The notes beneath the pieces are model-generated. The model ran no database searches and had not been told where the DNA came from. It worked only from the letters and a program-made list of their open reading frames with translations. Both the position numbers and the translations under genes were made by a program. This document shows, piece by piece, positions 1 through 13,314 of a DNA stretch of 64,000 nucleotides; position 1 is the stretch's first letter, and the number at the start of each line of letters is the position of its first letter. The stretch is taken from positions 135,842,001-135,906,000 of the forward strand of contig CM068742.1 in NCBI GenBank assembly GCA_035084275.1, given 5' to 3'. The stretch is from Hydrolagus colliei. Its lineage: Eukaryota.

Positions 1-1999
1 AAAACAACTTAAATTTATATTCTTGGACTACAGAATCTACAACAATTAAACTATTTTTAAAAATCCATTTTATTTGAACCGATATTACAAATGTTAAAAC
101 AAATTGTGCATGTTCAGGAGTGCGATACAGTGTATTATGATAGTCATTCAATGGACCTCAGGAATAGCATTCAATAACTTTCCTTTTGAAAACTCATGAC
201 ATTGTGTGCAGTCTGAAAAAAATTAATGGCTCAAATTCTATCGCAGTTACAAGAGCCACCAAAGCCCTGTTAAGATCCGTTCTTGATAAGTAAAAGATTT
301 ATCAGTCTCAAGTTCCCAATGAATAAACTGTATATAGTTACATACAATTATCATTGCTCTGCTAAATGCTGAACCATCTCCTGAATATTCTCGACCTTAC
401 GGTCACCTTCCCCCTCCCCCTGTCTTGGCTTCAGGCTTCACCATTGTGAAATGCTTCGAGACACCGCCCGGCATGGAGGGCGCTATATAAACGCAAGCTG
501 TTGTTGTTATATTCTAGCTCTCAAATAAAATATATTTTCAAATTGGTATATGATGATAATCCTTGCAAGAAACTAATCATTTGTTCAAAGATATATTTTT
601 GCAGGTATATATATATTGAAATATTAATTATAATAGTTTTTTTTTTAAATGGGACTTTAAATAAAAGGGCCTTGACTTTCCTCGTGGGTTAACTACACTT
701 CCACTTCTGGGATCTGAGTATAAATGAGAGTGTGTATTCAAGCAAGGTGGTAGGTGAAAGGTGATATATAATAATCCTTGTATTTGATATAATGCCTTAT
801 CATGTAGTCAAGATGTCTCAACATCCTTCAGGGGATATACTGTAAAGTGTAGTGACTGTACATTTTGCAGGAGATATATATTGCAAATAAATATTAGATA
901 TATATTGTAAATAAATTGTATGTATATAAATAAATTGTATTTCTTGATATTAGATCACATAAATAAGTGAAGTTAAAATACACATTTTTCAAAAAGTTAT
1001 AGTTTATCAAATCAAGAATGAATGTAAAATATTTAACCAATTTACAAAAGACCAATGAAATTCTGCAGTTTCTAGCTCTTGACTCAGTCAAATGTTTCCC
1101 CCATCTATCTAGTGAAGCCTATCTGAATCTCAAAGCTTGTTTGCATGAATAATACCTACACTGACTAATTTTGTTGTTGGTGGTGTTTGCGCAGGTTTTT
1201 AATGCATTGTAAAGTGGTGCAACTTATAGAGCAATAACACATTATTTATATATACAAAAAACAAAAGAACTGCTATAAAATAAATATGTTTTTCTGGTCG
1301 TTGCTTCTGATTCTGGGATGTTTAAAAAGCAGAAAACTCCTTGAAGCCTGTAACACCTTTTACAGTGGTGACATAAACACTACAACTCTCTCAACACACA
1401 AACATTATTGTAAAGAGAATACAGTACAGTATATGCCACAAATCAGCACACTGAGATTTGTTCAGAAATAATGCATGGAAGGTCTCCAATTTTAACCGCA
1501 AAGTTTTTTTTAAAGACAGCGTCAATTATTTAAAACAGTTCAGCACTTTCACTATCCAGATGTGATATTTGTCACCTTCAGATTGCTTTATTTTTTACGC
1601 CTACCATATTGTTGAGTTGTAAGATGGGGGCTGGGTTCTGTGAGCAATGCAAACATGCAGTGATGCAACCCACTTGCATTGCTCTTGAATCAGGGAAGGG
1701 AAAAGGCGTATCATTGTAAATGCATCTGTTAAGATCTGCTCACCAGCTTTTGACTGACAGTGACATTTGTAATGTTGGCAAGGAGACGATTACCGGTAAA
1801 TAGTCAAGTTCCTTTTTTTTACCATTTTAAACATACAAGTAGTTGAGCAGACTGCCCGAGTTATCTTAAGATGTTTTAGTTAAGTAAGTTCTAGTCTAAG
1901 TATAGTATCCCGATGATAATCAACAGCACTAGTGATGCGATGGTCCAAGTTATCTAGCTTCAAAATACCAAGGGATGATTTATCAGAAGCAGAGAGCTT

Positions 2000-2395
2000 A
2001 TTATCACCTCACTTTCAAGGCCATTCACGGCTTTGCCCCTTCCCATCTCTCCGACCTGCTGCTCCCTCCGTTCATCAGGCTCCGGTCTGCTCCATGTCCC
2101 CCGCCCAACCTGCCCTACCATCGGTGGCCGGGCTTTTAGCCTCTCTGCCCCCACACTCTGGAACTCCATCCCACAGTCCCTTCGCCTCACTTCCTTCCTT
2201 GCCTCCTTCAAGGCTGGTCTCAAGACCTTCCTCTTCAATCGTGCCTTCTGCCGTCCTCCCAACTCTCTCCCTCCCCTCCTAACTCTCTCCCTCCCCTCCT
2301 CCCTACCTTGCCCTTCCCCCTTGCTCGGGTCCCGACCTGACTGTTCAGCACCTTGGGACGTCCTCTAAAAAATTTATTTTGCTGTTGTTGTTGTA
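2000..2395 (+). mobile_element. L2 3' fragment; further short L2 pieces at ~9845-10020, 11710-11960, 15050-15430, 36780-37060, 48560-48900, 51365-51640 and 55690-56300
   Basis: TIGGRAFSLSAPTLWNSIPQSLR...FKAGLKTFLF plus tail. Confidence 0.85.
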
Positions 2396-3737
2396 CAGTT
2401 TATGTTTGGCATGAAGCCAAACTGCACTAAATCAACTGTAACATGAAATATAACTGATATATGTTCTCTCCCAACATGTAGTGAACTGATGGATGGGAAA
2501 GTGAAAAAAATTCAACTTCGTTGCCAAGATAAATTAATTTTCTATCATTTTCTGAAAGAGTAGTGGAAGCTAATTCGATAACAACTTTTAACAGAGAAGC
2601 AGATAATTATTTGTGGAGGACAGGTTTGCAGGGCTATGGGTAAAGAGCAGGGGAGTGGGATTCATTTGGACGTTGGACAACTCCTTTCAAAGAATCAACA
2701 CAGACATCATGGGCCGAATGGCCTCTTTCTGTGCTGTAGAATTATGGTTGGGGGTTTAACAAAGAATAGCTATTGAGGTACTCGCACTATAACTTATTAC
2801 AGTACTGTAACTATCACTATAACTTGTCGATATTTCCTATAACTCTGTAAGTAAACTCTTTGAAAGTTGTTTTTCCCAGCACCTGTTGTCCACCCGTGGA
2901 AAGACAATTGTGATCTGGGCTCTCGTCTGACCATCTTTATAGATGGGTGAGATCGTGCCGCAGTTAAGACAGCAATTTCGGGGACAGAAATGAGGGCATC
3001 GGGTTTTGTGCTGTAAATGCAAGAATGGTGTTTGGCAAATGATTGCTGCAGTGCGCTGCACATGTTGGTAGTAAGATCTGAGGGTCGGTTGGAGCCGCAG
3101 ACACACAGTCCTGATGCACTCCTCCTGCACAGATTTCATTGCAACTGAAGTGAACAGGGAACCCACACACTTGGCTGCCGTTGAGACTGGCCCTCCCCCA
3201 ATGCCACATTCTGCCACATTCATCTTGTTAAAGGATGTCGAGTGTGGACGGGTTTCTGAGCAAAGGCGACCCGAGAGATGGGAGAGTGAGGAAGACTCAA
3301 CTTCGTCGCTGAAATAAATGGATTTTCTGTCATTTGGGGGGGGGGGGGGGGGAGGGGAGGGGTTAGTCTCAACAAAGAATAGCTAGGAAGGTATTCGTAC
3401 TCGGTATTTCGTTTAACAAAAAACATTTCAACGCATCGCCACAGACCGTAACCAAACAATTCTCATCAATCGCTGTCAGCTCCGTGTAAACCCCGTGGGA
3501 GCCTGAGAGCTGAGGGCAGCACCAGAGCAAGTTACCAGGAGAGAGACGGGGATGGGGAGGCTTGTGGAAACGCCCCAATCCGCTACAGTATAATAATCAT
3601 CATAATAATAATAAACCATGTCAGCCATTAGATACAATGCAAGTTCTCCATCTACACACAGCACACGGGCGCACGAGAAAACCGTTCATCTTTGCATCAC
3701 CAAATACTCAACCTGACTGACCAATTTTGCTCAGAGT

Positions 3738-3957
3738 TGGTGGGTGGGATAGTGCTGGGGTTGGGGGGGATGGGGTAGTGGTGGGGTTGGGGGGGGGGGT
3801 AGTGGTGGGGTTGGGGGGGGGATGGGGTAGTGGTGGGGTTGGGGGGGGGGGGGTAGTGGTGGGGTTGGGGGGGGATGGGGTAGTGGTGGGGTTGGGGGGG
3901 GGGGGTAGTGCTGGGGTTGGGGGGGGGATGGGGGTAGTGGTGGGGTTGGGGGGGGTT
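3738..3957. repeat. G-rich tandem repeat (ggggtagtggtggggttggggggg)n
   Basis: Directly visible; runs of G4-G13. Confidence 0.92.
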
Positions 3958-4022
3958 ACAGCCACCGAATCCCCGGAGTTATCCTCTACAGTAAAACAAT
4001 TTGCTCTTTGCATTTGCACTCA

Positions 4023-4508
<486 letters not shown>

Positions 4509-5069
4509 TTAATTGAAAGTTTTTTTGGGGGGGCTGGGAGGGCAAACACACAGCTACAAATCTGGCTGTGATTAACACACACACACACACATTACACACA
4601 CACACACAAGCTGGAGAACTAAGCCACAGGACACGTCGGGATCAACTTTTGCACCGGCTGCACGGAATTAAGATGGCAGGACGGCTGGCGGTGTAACTTA
4701 TACCTGTTCAGCTTCCATCTGAGCTCCTCGTCAAATGCGACAACGCGACTGGGAAAGCGGCGAAACACGTAGGAAACAGCAACATGTTCGCCCGCCCGCC
4801 CGCCCGTCCCCCGACCCCTCACTCACACACTCACTCCCTCCCCTCCCCTCGCCAAACCCGCTCTGTCACAGCCGACACTCCCGATCACAGACAAGGAGGC
4901 GGAGAGAGAGAGTGAGTGAGAGAGTGGGGGGGAGAGAGAGAGAGAGTGGGGGGAGAGAAGGAAGGGAAGGGATCTATGTGTCCTCTCTCTCTCTCTCCCC
5001 CCCCCCCCGCCCCCACCACCTTTGCAACTCACTCACTCGCTCCACTAAGTGCTCCAGCGAGAGCACCTT

Positions 5070-5779
5070 CACACAGTGTGCAAACCAGCTCCTCACACAG
5101 TGTGCAAACCAGCTCCTCACACAGTGTGCACACCAGCTCCTCACACAGTGTGCAAACCAGCTCCTCACACAGTGTGCACACCAGCTCCTCACACAGTGTG
5201 CAAACCAGCTCCTCACACAGTGTGCAAACCAGCTCCTCACACAGTGTGCACACCAGCTCCTCACACAGTGTGCAAACCAGCTCCTCACACAGTGTGCAAA
5301 CCAGCTCCTCACACAGTGTGCACACCAGCTCCTCACACAGTGTGCAAACCAGCTCCTCACACAGTGTGCACACCAGCTCCTCACACAGTGTGCAAACCAG
5401 CTCCTCACACAGTGTGCAAACCAGCTCCTCACACAGTGTGCACACCAGCTCCTCACACAGTGTGCAAACCAGCTCCTCACACAGTGTGCACACCAGCTCC
5501 TCACACAGTGTGCACACCAGCTCCCTCCTCACAGTGTGCACACCAGCTCCCTCCTCACACAGTGTGCAAACCAGCTCCCTCCTCACACAGTGTGCAAACC
5601 AGCTCCCTCCTCACACAGTGTGCACACCAGCTCCTCACACAGTGTGCACACCAGCTCCCTCCTCACAGTGTGCACACCAGCTCCCTCCTCACACAGTGTG
5701 CAAACCAGCTCCCTCCTCACACAGTGTGCAAACCAGCTCCCTCCTCACACAGTGTGTGCACACCAGCTCCCTCCTCACA
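5070..5779. repeat. 24-bp minisatellite (cacacagtgtgcaMaccagctcct)n in RGS7BP intron 1, grading into 26-28-bp variants
   Basis: About 19 near-perfect 24-mers alternating AAACC/ACACC, then ~10 units with an extra CCCT; explains the stacked repetitive ORFs on both strands. Confidence 0.97.
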
Positions 5780-6019
5780 AGCCACACCAGCAGATAAGAC
5801 CCCGCCAGAAATAGACACGTCGGATTAACATTGAAATGCAGGCGTCGTCACTCGGGCTACTACTGAACACATTGCAAAATAGGGCTGTGCAATCAACCGC
5901 ACGTGATCGGAATGGAGAGGTTTGGTTTGGTGGTGTGTGTGTCTGTGTGAGAGAGGGAGGGGAGGGGGGTGGGGGGGAGAAGTGCATCAAAGAAGAAAAT
6001 AAATAAAGCAATCGTTATC

Positions 6020-7110
6020 ATCTCCCTCCTCTCCCTCTCATCCCTCCTCTCCCACCCCCCACCTTACACCCATCCCTGCTCTCTCACCCGCACCCCCCTC
6101 CATCTCCCCTCTCTCACACTCACCCCCCCCCCCACTCCACCCCTCCTCTCTCACCCCCCCTCTATCCCTCCTCTCTCACCCCCCCCTATCCCTCCTCTCT
6201 CAACCCCCCCCCCACTCCATCCCTCCTCTCTCACCCCCANNNNNNNNNNNNNNNNNNNNNNNNNNNNNNNNNNNNNNNNNNNNNNNNNNNNNNNNNNNNN
6301 NNNNNNNNNNNNNNNNNNNNNNNNNNNNNNNNNNNNNNNNNNNNNNNNNNNNNNNNNNNNNNNNNNNNNNNNNNNNNNNNNNNNNNNNNNNNNNNNNNNN
6401 NNNNNNNNNNNNNNNNNNNNNNNNNNNNNNNNNNNNNNNTCCCCACTCCATCCCTCCTCTCTCACCCCCCCCCCTATCCCTCCTCTCTCAACCCCCCCCC
6501 CCCCCCCCGACTCCATCCCTCCTCTCTCACCCCCCCCTATCCCTCCTCTCTCACACCCTCCCTCCATCCCTCCTCTCTCCCCCCCCCCCCCTCCATCCCT
6601 CCTCTCTCACACTCACCCTCCCTCCATCCCTCCTCTCTCACACCCCCCCTCCATCCCTCCTCTCTCACACTCACCCTCTCTCCATCCCTCCTCTCTCACA
6701 CTCACCCTCTCTCCATCCCTCCTCTCTCACACCCTCCCTCCATCCCTCCTCTCTCACACCCCCCTCCATCCCTCCTCTCTCACACTCACCCTCTCTCCAT
6801 CCCTCCTCTCTCACCCCCCCCCCTCCATCCCTCCTCTCTCACACTCACCCTCTCTCCATCCCTCCTCTCTCACACCCCCTCCATCCCTCCTCTCTCACAC
6901 TCACCCTCTCTCCATCCCTCCTCTCTCACCCCCCCCCCCTCCATCCCTCCTCTCTCACACTCACCCTCTCTCCATCCCTCCTCTCTCACCCCCCCCCCCT
7001 CCATCCCTCCTCTCTCACCCTCTCTCCATCCCTCCTCTCTCACACCCTCTCTCCATCCCTCCTCTCTCACCCCACCACCTCCTCTCTCCCCCCCCCCCCC
7101 CCCCCCCCAC
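6020..7110. repeat. Pyrimidine-rich repeat (ctccatccctcctctctcac...)n containing an assembly gap
   Basis: Directly visible; N-run at 6240-6439. Confidence 0.92.
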
Positions 7111-7122
7111 TTTGTAACATAC

Positions 7123-7276
7123 CATCTTCCCCTCCTCGGGTGCCCTGGGCTGGGCGATGCTCTCGGTGCCGCCGCCTGTGTGCCGGGGCTCGGCTGGGGG
7201 CTTCCCCTTCCCGATCTGGAAGATGGAGCCAGGAGATTTGGGGCGTTTTTTTGCGCCCATTCGGTGCAGAACTCAT
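7123..7276 (-). CDS. RGS7BP: RGS7BP (R7 family binding protein) coding exon 1, with an apparent +1 frameshift in the A7 run at 7246-7252
   Basis: ATG at 7276 gives MSSAPNGRKK, matching the vertebrate RGS7BP N-terminus. Removing one A continues RPKSPGSIFQIGKGKPPAEPRHTGGGTESIAQPRAPEEGKM to a phase-0 donor ATG|gtatgt at 7123/7122. Confidence 0.9.
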
Positions 7277-7782
7277 GCAAAACACATCCACTGTCAGCCG
7301 CTCCTCACTGCGGGCGGTGAAGGGTGAGGTGGGGGGGGAGAGAGAGAGAGAGACAGGCAGAGAAGGAGGGAGAGAAAAGCAAGAGAGGAAAAAAGAGAGA
7401 GAGAGGGTAGGGTTTTGTATGTGTGTGGTTTATATATATATATATATATATGTATGTAGAGAGAGAGAGAGGAGAGAAAAGGGGGGAAATAAAGAAACTA
7501 CATGTGTTTGTTTGTTTGTTTGTGACCCCCCCCCCCCGGCAGTGGGTCTTGGCTTGCTGTGGCTTTCAGTAATCCTTCCAAACAGCAGCTCACAGAGCAG
7601 CTGAAACCCCCCAATGCTGACATCTCGGTGCTTGTGGTGGAGGCTGATTTCATTGGCAAGGATCAGGATCAGGATCAGGCATCTCGGGGATTCAGGAGTT
7701 TCCATGAAGAATATGACAGTTTCAGAAATCCTACAGCAGAACCATCTCTCCTCTCGCCTCAGCCACTCTATATTGTTTTGCT

Positions 7783-8180
7783 NNNNNNNNNNNNNNNNNN
7801 NNNNNNNNNNNNNNNNNNNNNNNNNNNNNNNNNNNNNNNNNNNNNNNNNNNNNNNNNNNNNNNNNNNNNNNNNNNNNNNNNNNNNNNNNNNNNNNNNNNN
7901 NNNNNNNNNNNNNNNNNNNNNNNNNNNNNNNNNNNNNNNNNNNNNNNNNNNNNNNNNNNNNNNNNNNNNNNNNNNNNNNNNNNNNNNNNNNNNNNNNNNN
8001 NNNNNNNNNNNNNNNNNNNNNNNNNNNNNNNNNNNNNNNNNNNNNNNNNNNNNNNNNNNNNNNNNNNNNNNNNNNNNNNNNNNNNNNNNNNNNNNNNNNN
8101 NNNNNNNNNNNNNNNNNNNNNNNNNNNNNNNNNNNNNNNNNNNNNNNNNNNNNNNNNNNNNNNNNNNNNNNNNNNNNNNN
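7783..8180. other. Assembly gap (398 N) in the probable RGS7BP promoter / 5' UTR
   Basis: N-run. Confidence 1.
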
Positions 8181-11100
8181 TTCTTTGCTCTCTCTCTTTC
8201 ACCACACAACACACACAGAAAAAACAACAACAACAACAAAGCCCTCCCGGATGGTTAGGGCAATGAATTAATGTGGCTTTAGCTTTAATCTTGTCCTCCA
8301 GTTGGCCTTTTGCAGCTCTAACCTTCCTCGCTGGGAATATGAGGCGCATTATCTGGTAACCTGACAGTGAACCACTCAATCAACACATGGATAGGACGGG
8401 AATACTAATATGATCCATTTAAATCGCGCTTTGCTGCCTGTAGATTTATTTAATGGAAACGTTAAGTAAACGACGTCTGTAGGACTGTGAACACTTACGG
8501 TATTGCAGCCACGTCTCCACATTGAATGGAACCTATTCTTAGGCATATCATTTGCAAGAGAATGACTTTGACCTGATGCTGTGTTTATATTTTATATATA
8601 TATATACAGTATATATATGTACAGTATCTGAATTTTGACAGGGGGTGACTTTATCCAAATTCGTTATTATTTTCTTATAAAATTGGTTTTGATCGTTTTA
8701 ATCCAAGATTCCGTTTCAATGGGAAGTTTTATATACTGCGTGTGTGTTTGCTTGATAAATTGACAACCACAAGAATTAATTTGGAGAAATGCACATTGTA
8801 TTTGTCGACATTCAGTAGTCACTGAAGATGCCTCCTATTGAAGAATCTAAACAGACTGCTCTGGAAGGTTTTTTCCCCCCATATGAATGCATTGAGCTCT
8901 GGTTTCTGAGATTCACTGAACAACACACACACACAACAAACACAAACAAATAGGCGTACATTAAAACTCCCAACTCCAGCTGCTATCTCTGCTGTTTACA
9001 CTGCTGTGTTTGTAAAGATATATATCACCAAGTAAATGAATATGCATTTAAAATATGTAAACCTTGGTGCTCATGCATTTACCATTTGCAGTTGTATAGA
9101 GTATTCAGCAAGTTTAGATGGAGTTAGCCAGATTTCATACCGTACTTTCTTCATTGAGCGAACAACAGTCACTGTAACATCAACTGACTTTGGAATATTT
9201 TGGGGTGATCCAGGATCATGTTAGATGCACCAACAAATAATAACAATTGGAGTATGTGGTATGAAATATAACTTGCTGGGTTTCTGGAGAGAAGCTAGGG
9301 TGAGGAATGTGTGTGGTGAGAAAACAGTTTGATAAGATGAGAATCCACGACTGTTTGTGGGACACTGCTGTGCACAATTGGCTGCCGTGATTCTCCCACA
9401 AGTATACAGTCAATTCACTTTACAGTATATTCTGTGAAGCGTTTTGGGACATCGATAAAATGTGAATGACACTGTATCAAATGCAAGGATTATTCTAATC
9501 CAAGAGAAGGGAATTCTAATAACCAATATTGTTTGCAATTGCAATAGAATGGACTGGCCAATTATTTGAAGTACTGTATTCATATGAATTGCCTTTTTTG
9601 GGTATTGTACGGCAATTGTTTTGCGGTTTGCGTTCTATTCATATAGTTTAACAAAGCTGTCTTGAGTAACTAATATTTCTTCTCTATAGATACTAATCTA
9701 GAAGTGCTCTGAAGTGCATCATTGTAATGCTGTGCTTTTTGTTTTCATACCAGGAGGTTTGGCTGCTGTGGTTTCTCTATTAGATTCTGATCTGCTCTTT
9801 TCTAATGAACTTGTCTATGTAAGGACATGGAACTGCATGATCAGTCAACAACAAAATTACACTTGTATAGAGCATTTCACGTCAGGAGGATGTCCCAAGG
9901 CACTGGACAGTCAATGTTTTGGACCCAAGCTAGGGTAGGGATCGGGGAGGGTAGAGGGGATTTGGGTGACCGATGCGACGTGGAAGAGGAGAGTCTTGAG
10001 ACGGGACTGGAAGGAGGACTTGAAGGATGGAAATACTGTCATAAAACTTGTTGGTTGTTCACATCTATAGAAGCACCTGGTAGCCCAATGGGATCTCTAA
10101 TCGTAATTGGTACATGGTATTTAATTTATAATTCTTCTGCTAAATTTTCTTCTAAAGTTTTAGTTCTAGCTTGTTATTTGGAAGACTTCCTGAGATAGAC
10201 TGTTGCTCAATGAAAGGTGTAGCAGTTACAGGGGAACGGGGGTGAAGGCAAGTGTCTGTAACATTTATGCTTTTCATCTTTTCTGGGATAAAAACCTATC
10301 ATTATGTTTTTATGAACATAATAACCTATGGATTTCTAAATGAAAGAGCACCAAGGTCCAAGCTCCTATCTACCATCCTGTCGGTCACATGTGCATGCCA
10401 TGTCCCAAACTATATATGTCAAGATATTATTTCCAAAAATAAATATCTAATTTAATTTGAAAGAATCCACACTTTCAGCTTCTACTGTCTCCCTAGGGAA
10501 CCTGATATACTCGCTCACTGAATAGTGTTTTCACAGATTTGTTTTGAATTTTGGCTAGTGTGACTGTGCAGTTGTTACTGCATGGATACTATGTATGGCA
10601 TATGCTTTTGTGAGTACTGCTCGCTTACAACAGGAACAAAAACAATACCATCGATGTTTAATACTAGAATTTGCAACTAAAATTTGCAACTGATTAATTC
10701 TTTATTGGTCTGGCAGCAAGAATTATCACTGAACATAGTCCACCATTAATGCCGAGTGGATAATCAAAAGTGAAAGGATTATGTCAGATAGTATATCTGC
10801 CATGAATTATTTTACTGATTAAATAAGTTTATTATTTTGCACACCAAATATATAGTCAGTTCACTTTACAGTGTATTCTGTGAAGCGCTTTGAAATGTTT
10901 CAAAGACGTGATAAAGTACTATATCAAATGCAAGGATTGTTATTGTTGATCTTGCAACTGTCCCCATGCAAAAAATGTCACAACTTTAACTCAGGTACAT
11001 CTAAACCTGTGATGAATTATGCTTTCCACATATCTTTCTTACTATGAACATACCAAATAGAACACTGCCTATTTATAATAATAATTGACAAATATTTATG

Positions 11101-11364
11101 TGGTTCACAAAAGTATCCATTATGTTTCTGAATGTTCTAGTAAAACATTGTGTAATTTTTTTTATGTTTCAGTTTTGCAACAATAGTGAAAAGAAATGAG
11201 AAAATAAAGAAAAATGATCATTTAATCTCATTTAATATCCAATATTAAATTTCTATTGAAAAAACACGTTGTTTTAATAATAATAGTCCTTGCATTTGAC
11301 ATAGCACTTTTCACAACTTCTGGATGTCTCAAAGAGCTTCACGGAATATACTGTAAAGTGAACA

Positions 11365-11700
11365 TAAATGGAAAATAGTTCAGATGCTGGAAATTTGAAA
11401 CTAAAACAGAAATCGCTGGGAAGACTCAGCAGGTCAGGCCGCATCTATAGAGAAAAGAAAAGTGTGGCAACATTTCATGTCCATGACCCTCATCAGAACT
11501 GGGGTATGTTGGGATGGAGAAGCTTTTAAGGAATAACAGAGAGGGAGAGGCAGGGCAAGGAAGACAAATAAGAAAATGGGGGTAGAGGACTGGAGATGAT
11601 GCGGTAAAAAGTTAATGTGGTGAAGCAAAAAGTGGGGGGCAGTGGGATTGTCACAAAACTGGAGAGAAAAGGTGGTAATAATGTTAAATAAAGTAGGGGG
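11365..11700 (-). mobile_element. Penelope-type terminal fragment of the same family
   Basis: gatgctggaaat...ctcagcaggtcaggccgcatctatagagaaaag; minus-strand CTGATGA-GGGTC-atg-GACAT-GAAA at 11496-11473. Confidence 0.65.
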
Positions 11701-13314
11701 TGAAAGTGCAAAAGAAAAGCTTCAGCCACTTTGCCCCTAACCTCTGGAATTCCATCCTGCAGTCCATTCGCCTCACCCACTCCTTCAAGTACCACCTCAA
11801 GACCCTCCTCTTCGACAGTCCCATCGGTCACTCAAAATCCCCTCCTTTTCCTCCACCCACCCCGATCCCAACCCCAGCTTAGGTCTGAAACATTGACTGT
11901 CCAGCGCCTTGGGACATCCTTCTGATGTGAAAGGCACTTTACAAATGTTTGTTTTTGTAACTTTCTTCAAATTGCTATGCTATTTTCACTCTCATCCTAG
12001 TCCAAAATCAGCCACCATTGTGAACTTTGCCTGTCTGTCTAAAGTAACTGTTAACTTGTGCAAACGTCATTATATCAATATTGCAGGGCCGCAGTTACTG
12101 GTAAGGCACTTTATGTATTGATGGCCTTCAGAGTTTAATCCCGTTGTGATGGGAGTACATACATGCTGAATTGATTGGTGTTGGCATAAAACGTAAGATT
12201 ACTATAGGTTCAGACACATAGTTCCCTTTGGACCCATCTTCAAAATGTTTACCCTGCGCATGACGCCACTCAAATGGTCGCATAATTGAGAATTTCCTGG
12301 GTATGATTGTCACTCTGCAAAATCTATGACAGTAGACAATAACAATCCTTGCATTTGATTCATAGAATTTTTTTTACGGCACAAAAGGAGGCCATTCGGC
12401 CCATCTAGTCTGTGCCGGCTCTTTGAAAAGAGCGATTCAATCCCACTGCCCTGTCCGCCCCCCATAGCCTAATATGTCTCAAACTCCCCCCTACCCACAC
12501 ACCCCCACCCCCCCCCCACCCCCACCAGCTCGAGTCTGAAACAGTGAGTGTCCAGCGCCTCGGGACGTGAGAGGCTCTGTCTGTACACGAGCAATGTTGT
12601 CGTCGTCGCCGTCATTAGTGCAGTACAGTCCGGCAGCAGGGTGGAGGTTAGAGCGCTCGGCTGGGGAAGGGTTCGAATCCCCGCTCATTCGAGCAAAACA
12701 CTCACTCGATACAACAGTTTATGTCTCAAAAGTGCTTCATGAGAAATACCGTGAAGTGCGGTGACTGTTTTCGGAACATGGCAGCCAACCTGCCCCACAA
12801 ACAGCCAGGAAGTGAATGGCCCATTTTATTTGGGAGGATTCTTGTCCACTGGCGACACCAAGAGCAGAAAAAAAAAAAAAAAAATCTCTCATGGAATAAA
12901 TGTGAAAACAAACAAAAAGGATCATCATTAAATGTTTGTGTTTGACGGTGAAAAGACGGGGGGGGAGTTGACGTTGACACGAACGTCAAGCATACTTTGC
13001 GCCTACTATAGGAAACAGTGTCAAAATAACTATAACAACAACAACAACAACAAAATCACATTTGTATCTGGTGCCTTTCATGTCGGGAGGATTGCTATAA
13101 GTAATGTGTTGTAGTTTAATTTAAACCTGTAAAGTGATTCCCTCCCCCCCCACCCCGCCCACACCCCCTTTTCCTTGAAGACCTTTTCTTACCCAGTTGC
13201 AAGAGCATCAAACCTAAATCTGGCCTCCCTGTTACCTGGGACCAGTCCACAGCTAGTATTGGGCTATTTTGGGGGCTATTTTTGGGGGTTGGGCTTTGGC
13301 CTATGTTTTAATGC

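Noticed and set aside
2344-2362. REST/RE1-like TTCAGCACC in an intron of a neuronal gene
   Set aside because: Only the left half-site matches; spacing and the right half (GGACGT vs GGACAG) are non-canonical, and it is part of the L2 tail.
5070-5779. CRISPR-like regular array
   Set aside because: Units are directly adjacent with no unique spacers, and the context is eukaryotic with no cas genes.
4735-5828. Long overlapping ORFs (359, 293, 259, 185 and 176 aa) with Cys/His repeats
   Set aside because: Translation of a stop-free 24-bp minisatellite inside RGS7BP intron 1; open in nearly all frames.
5969-7117. 382-aa proline-rich ORF and other ORFs spanning N-runs (also 7430-8379)
   Set aside because: Low-complexity repeat and assembly gaps create artificial open frames.
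12630-12690. tRNA-like segment with B-box GGTTCGAATCC
   Set aside because: No complete cloverleaf or acceptor stem; more likely a degenerate SINE head. The tRNA-like heads at 32910, 44518, 45847 and 49570 are likewise SINEs, not tRNA genes.
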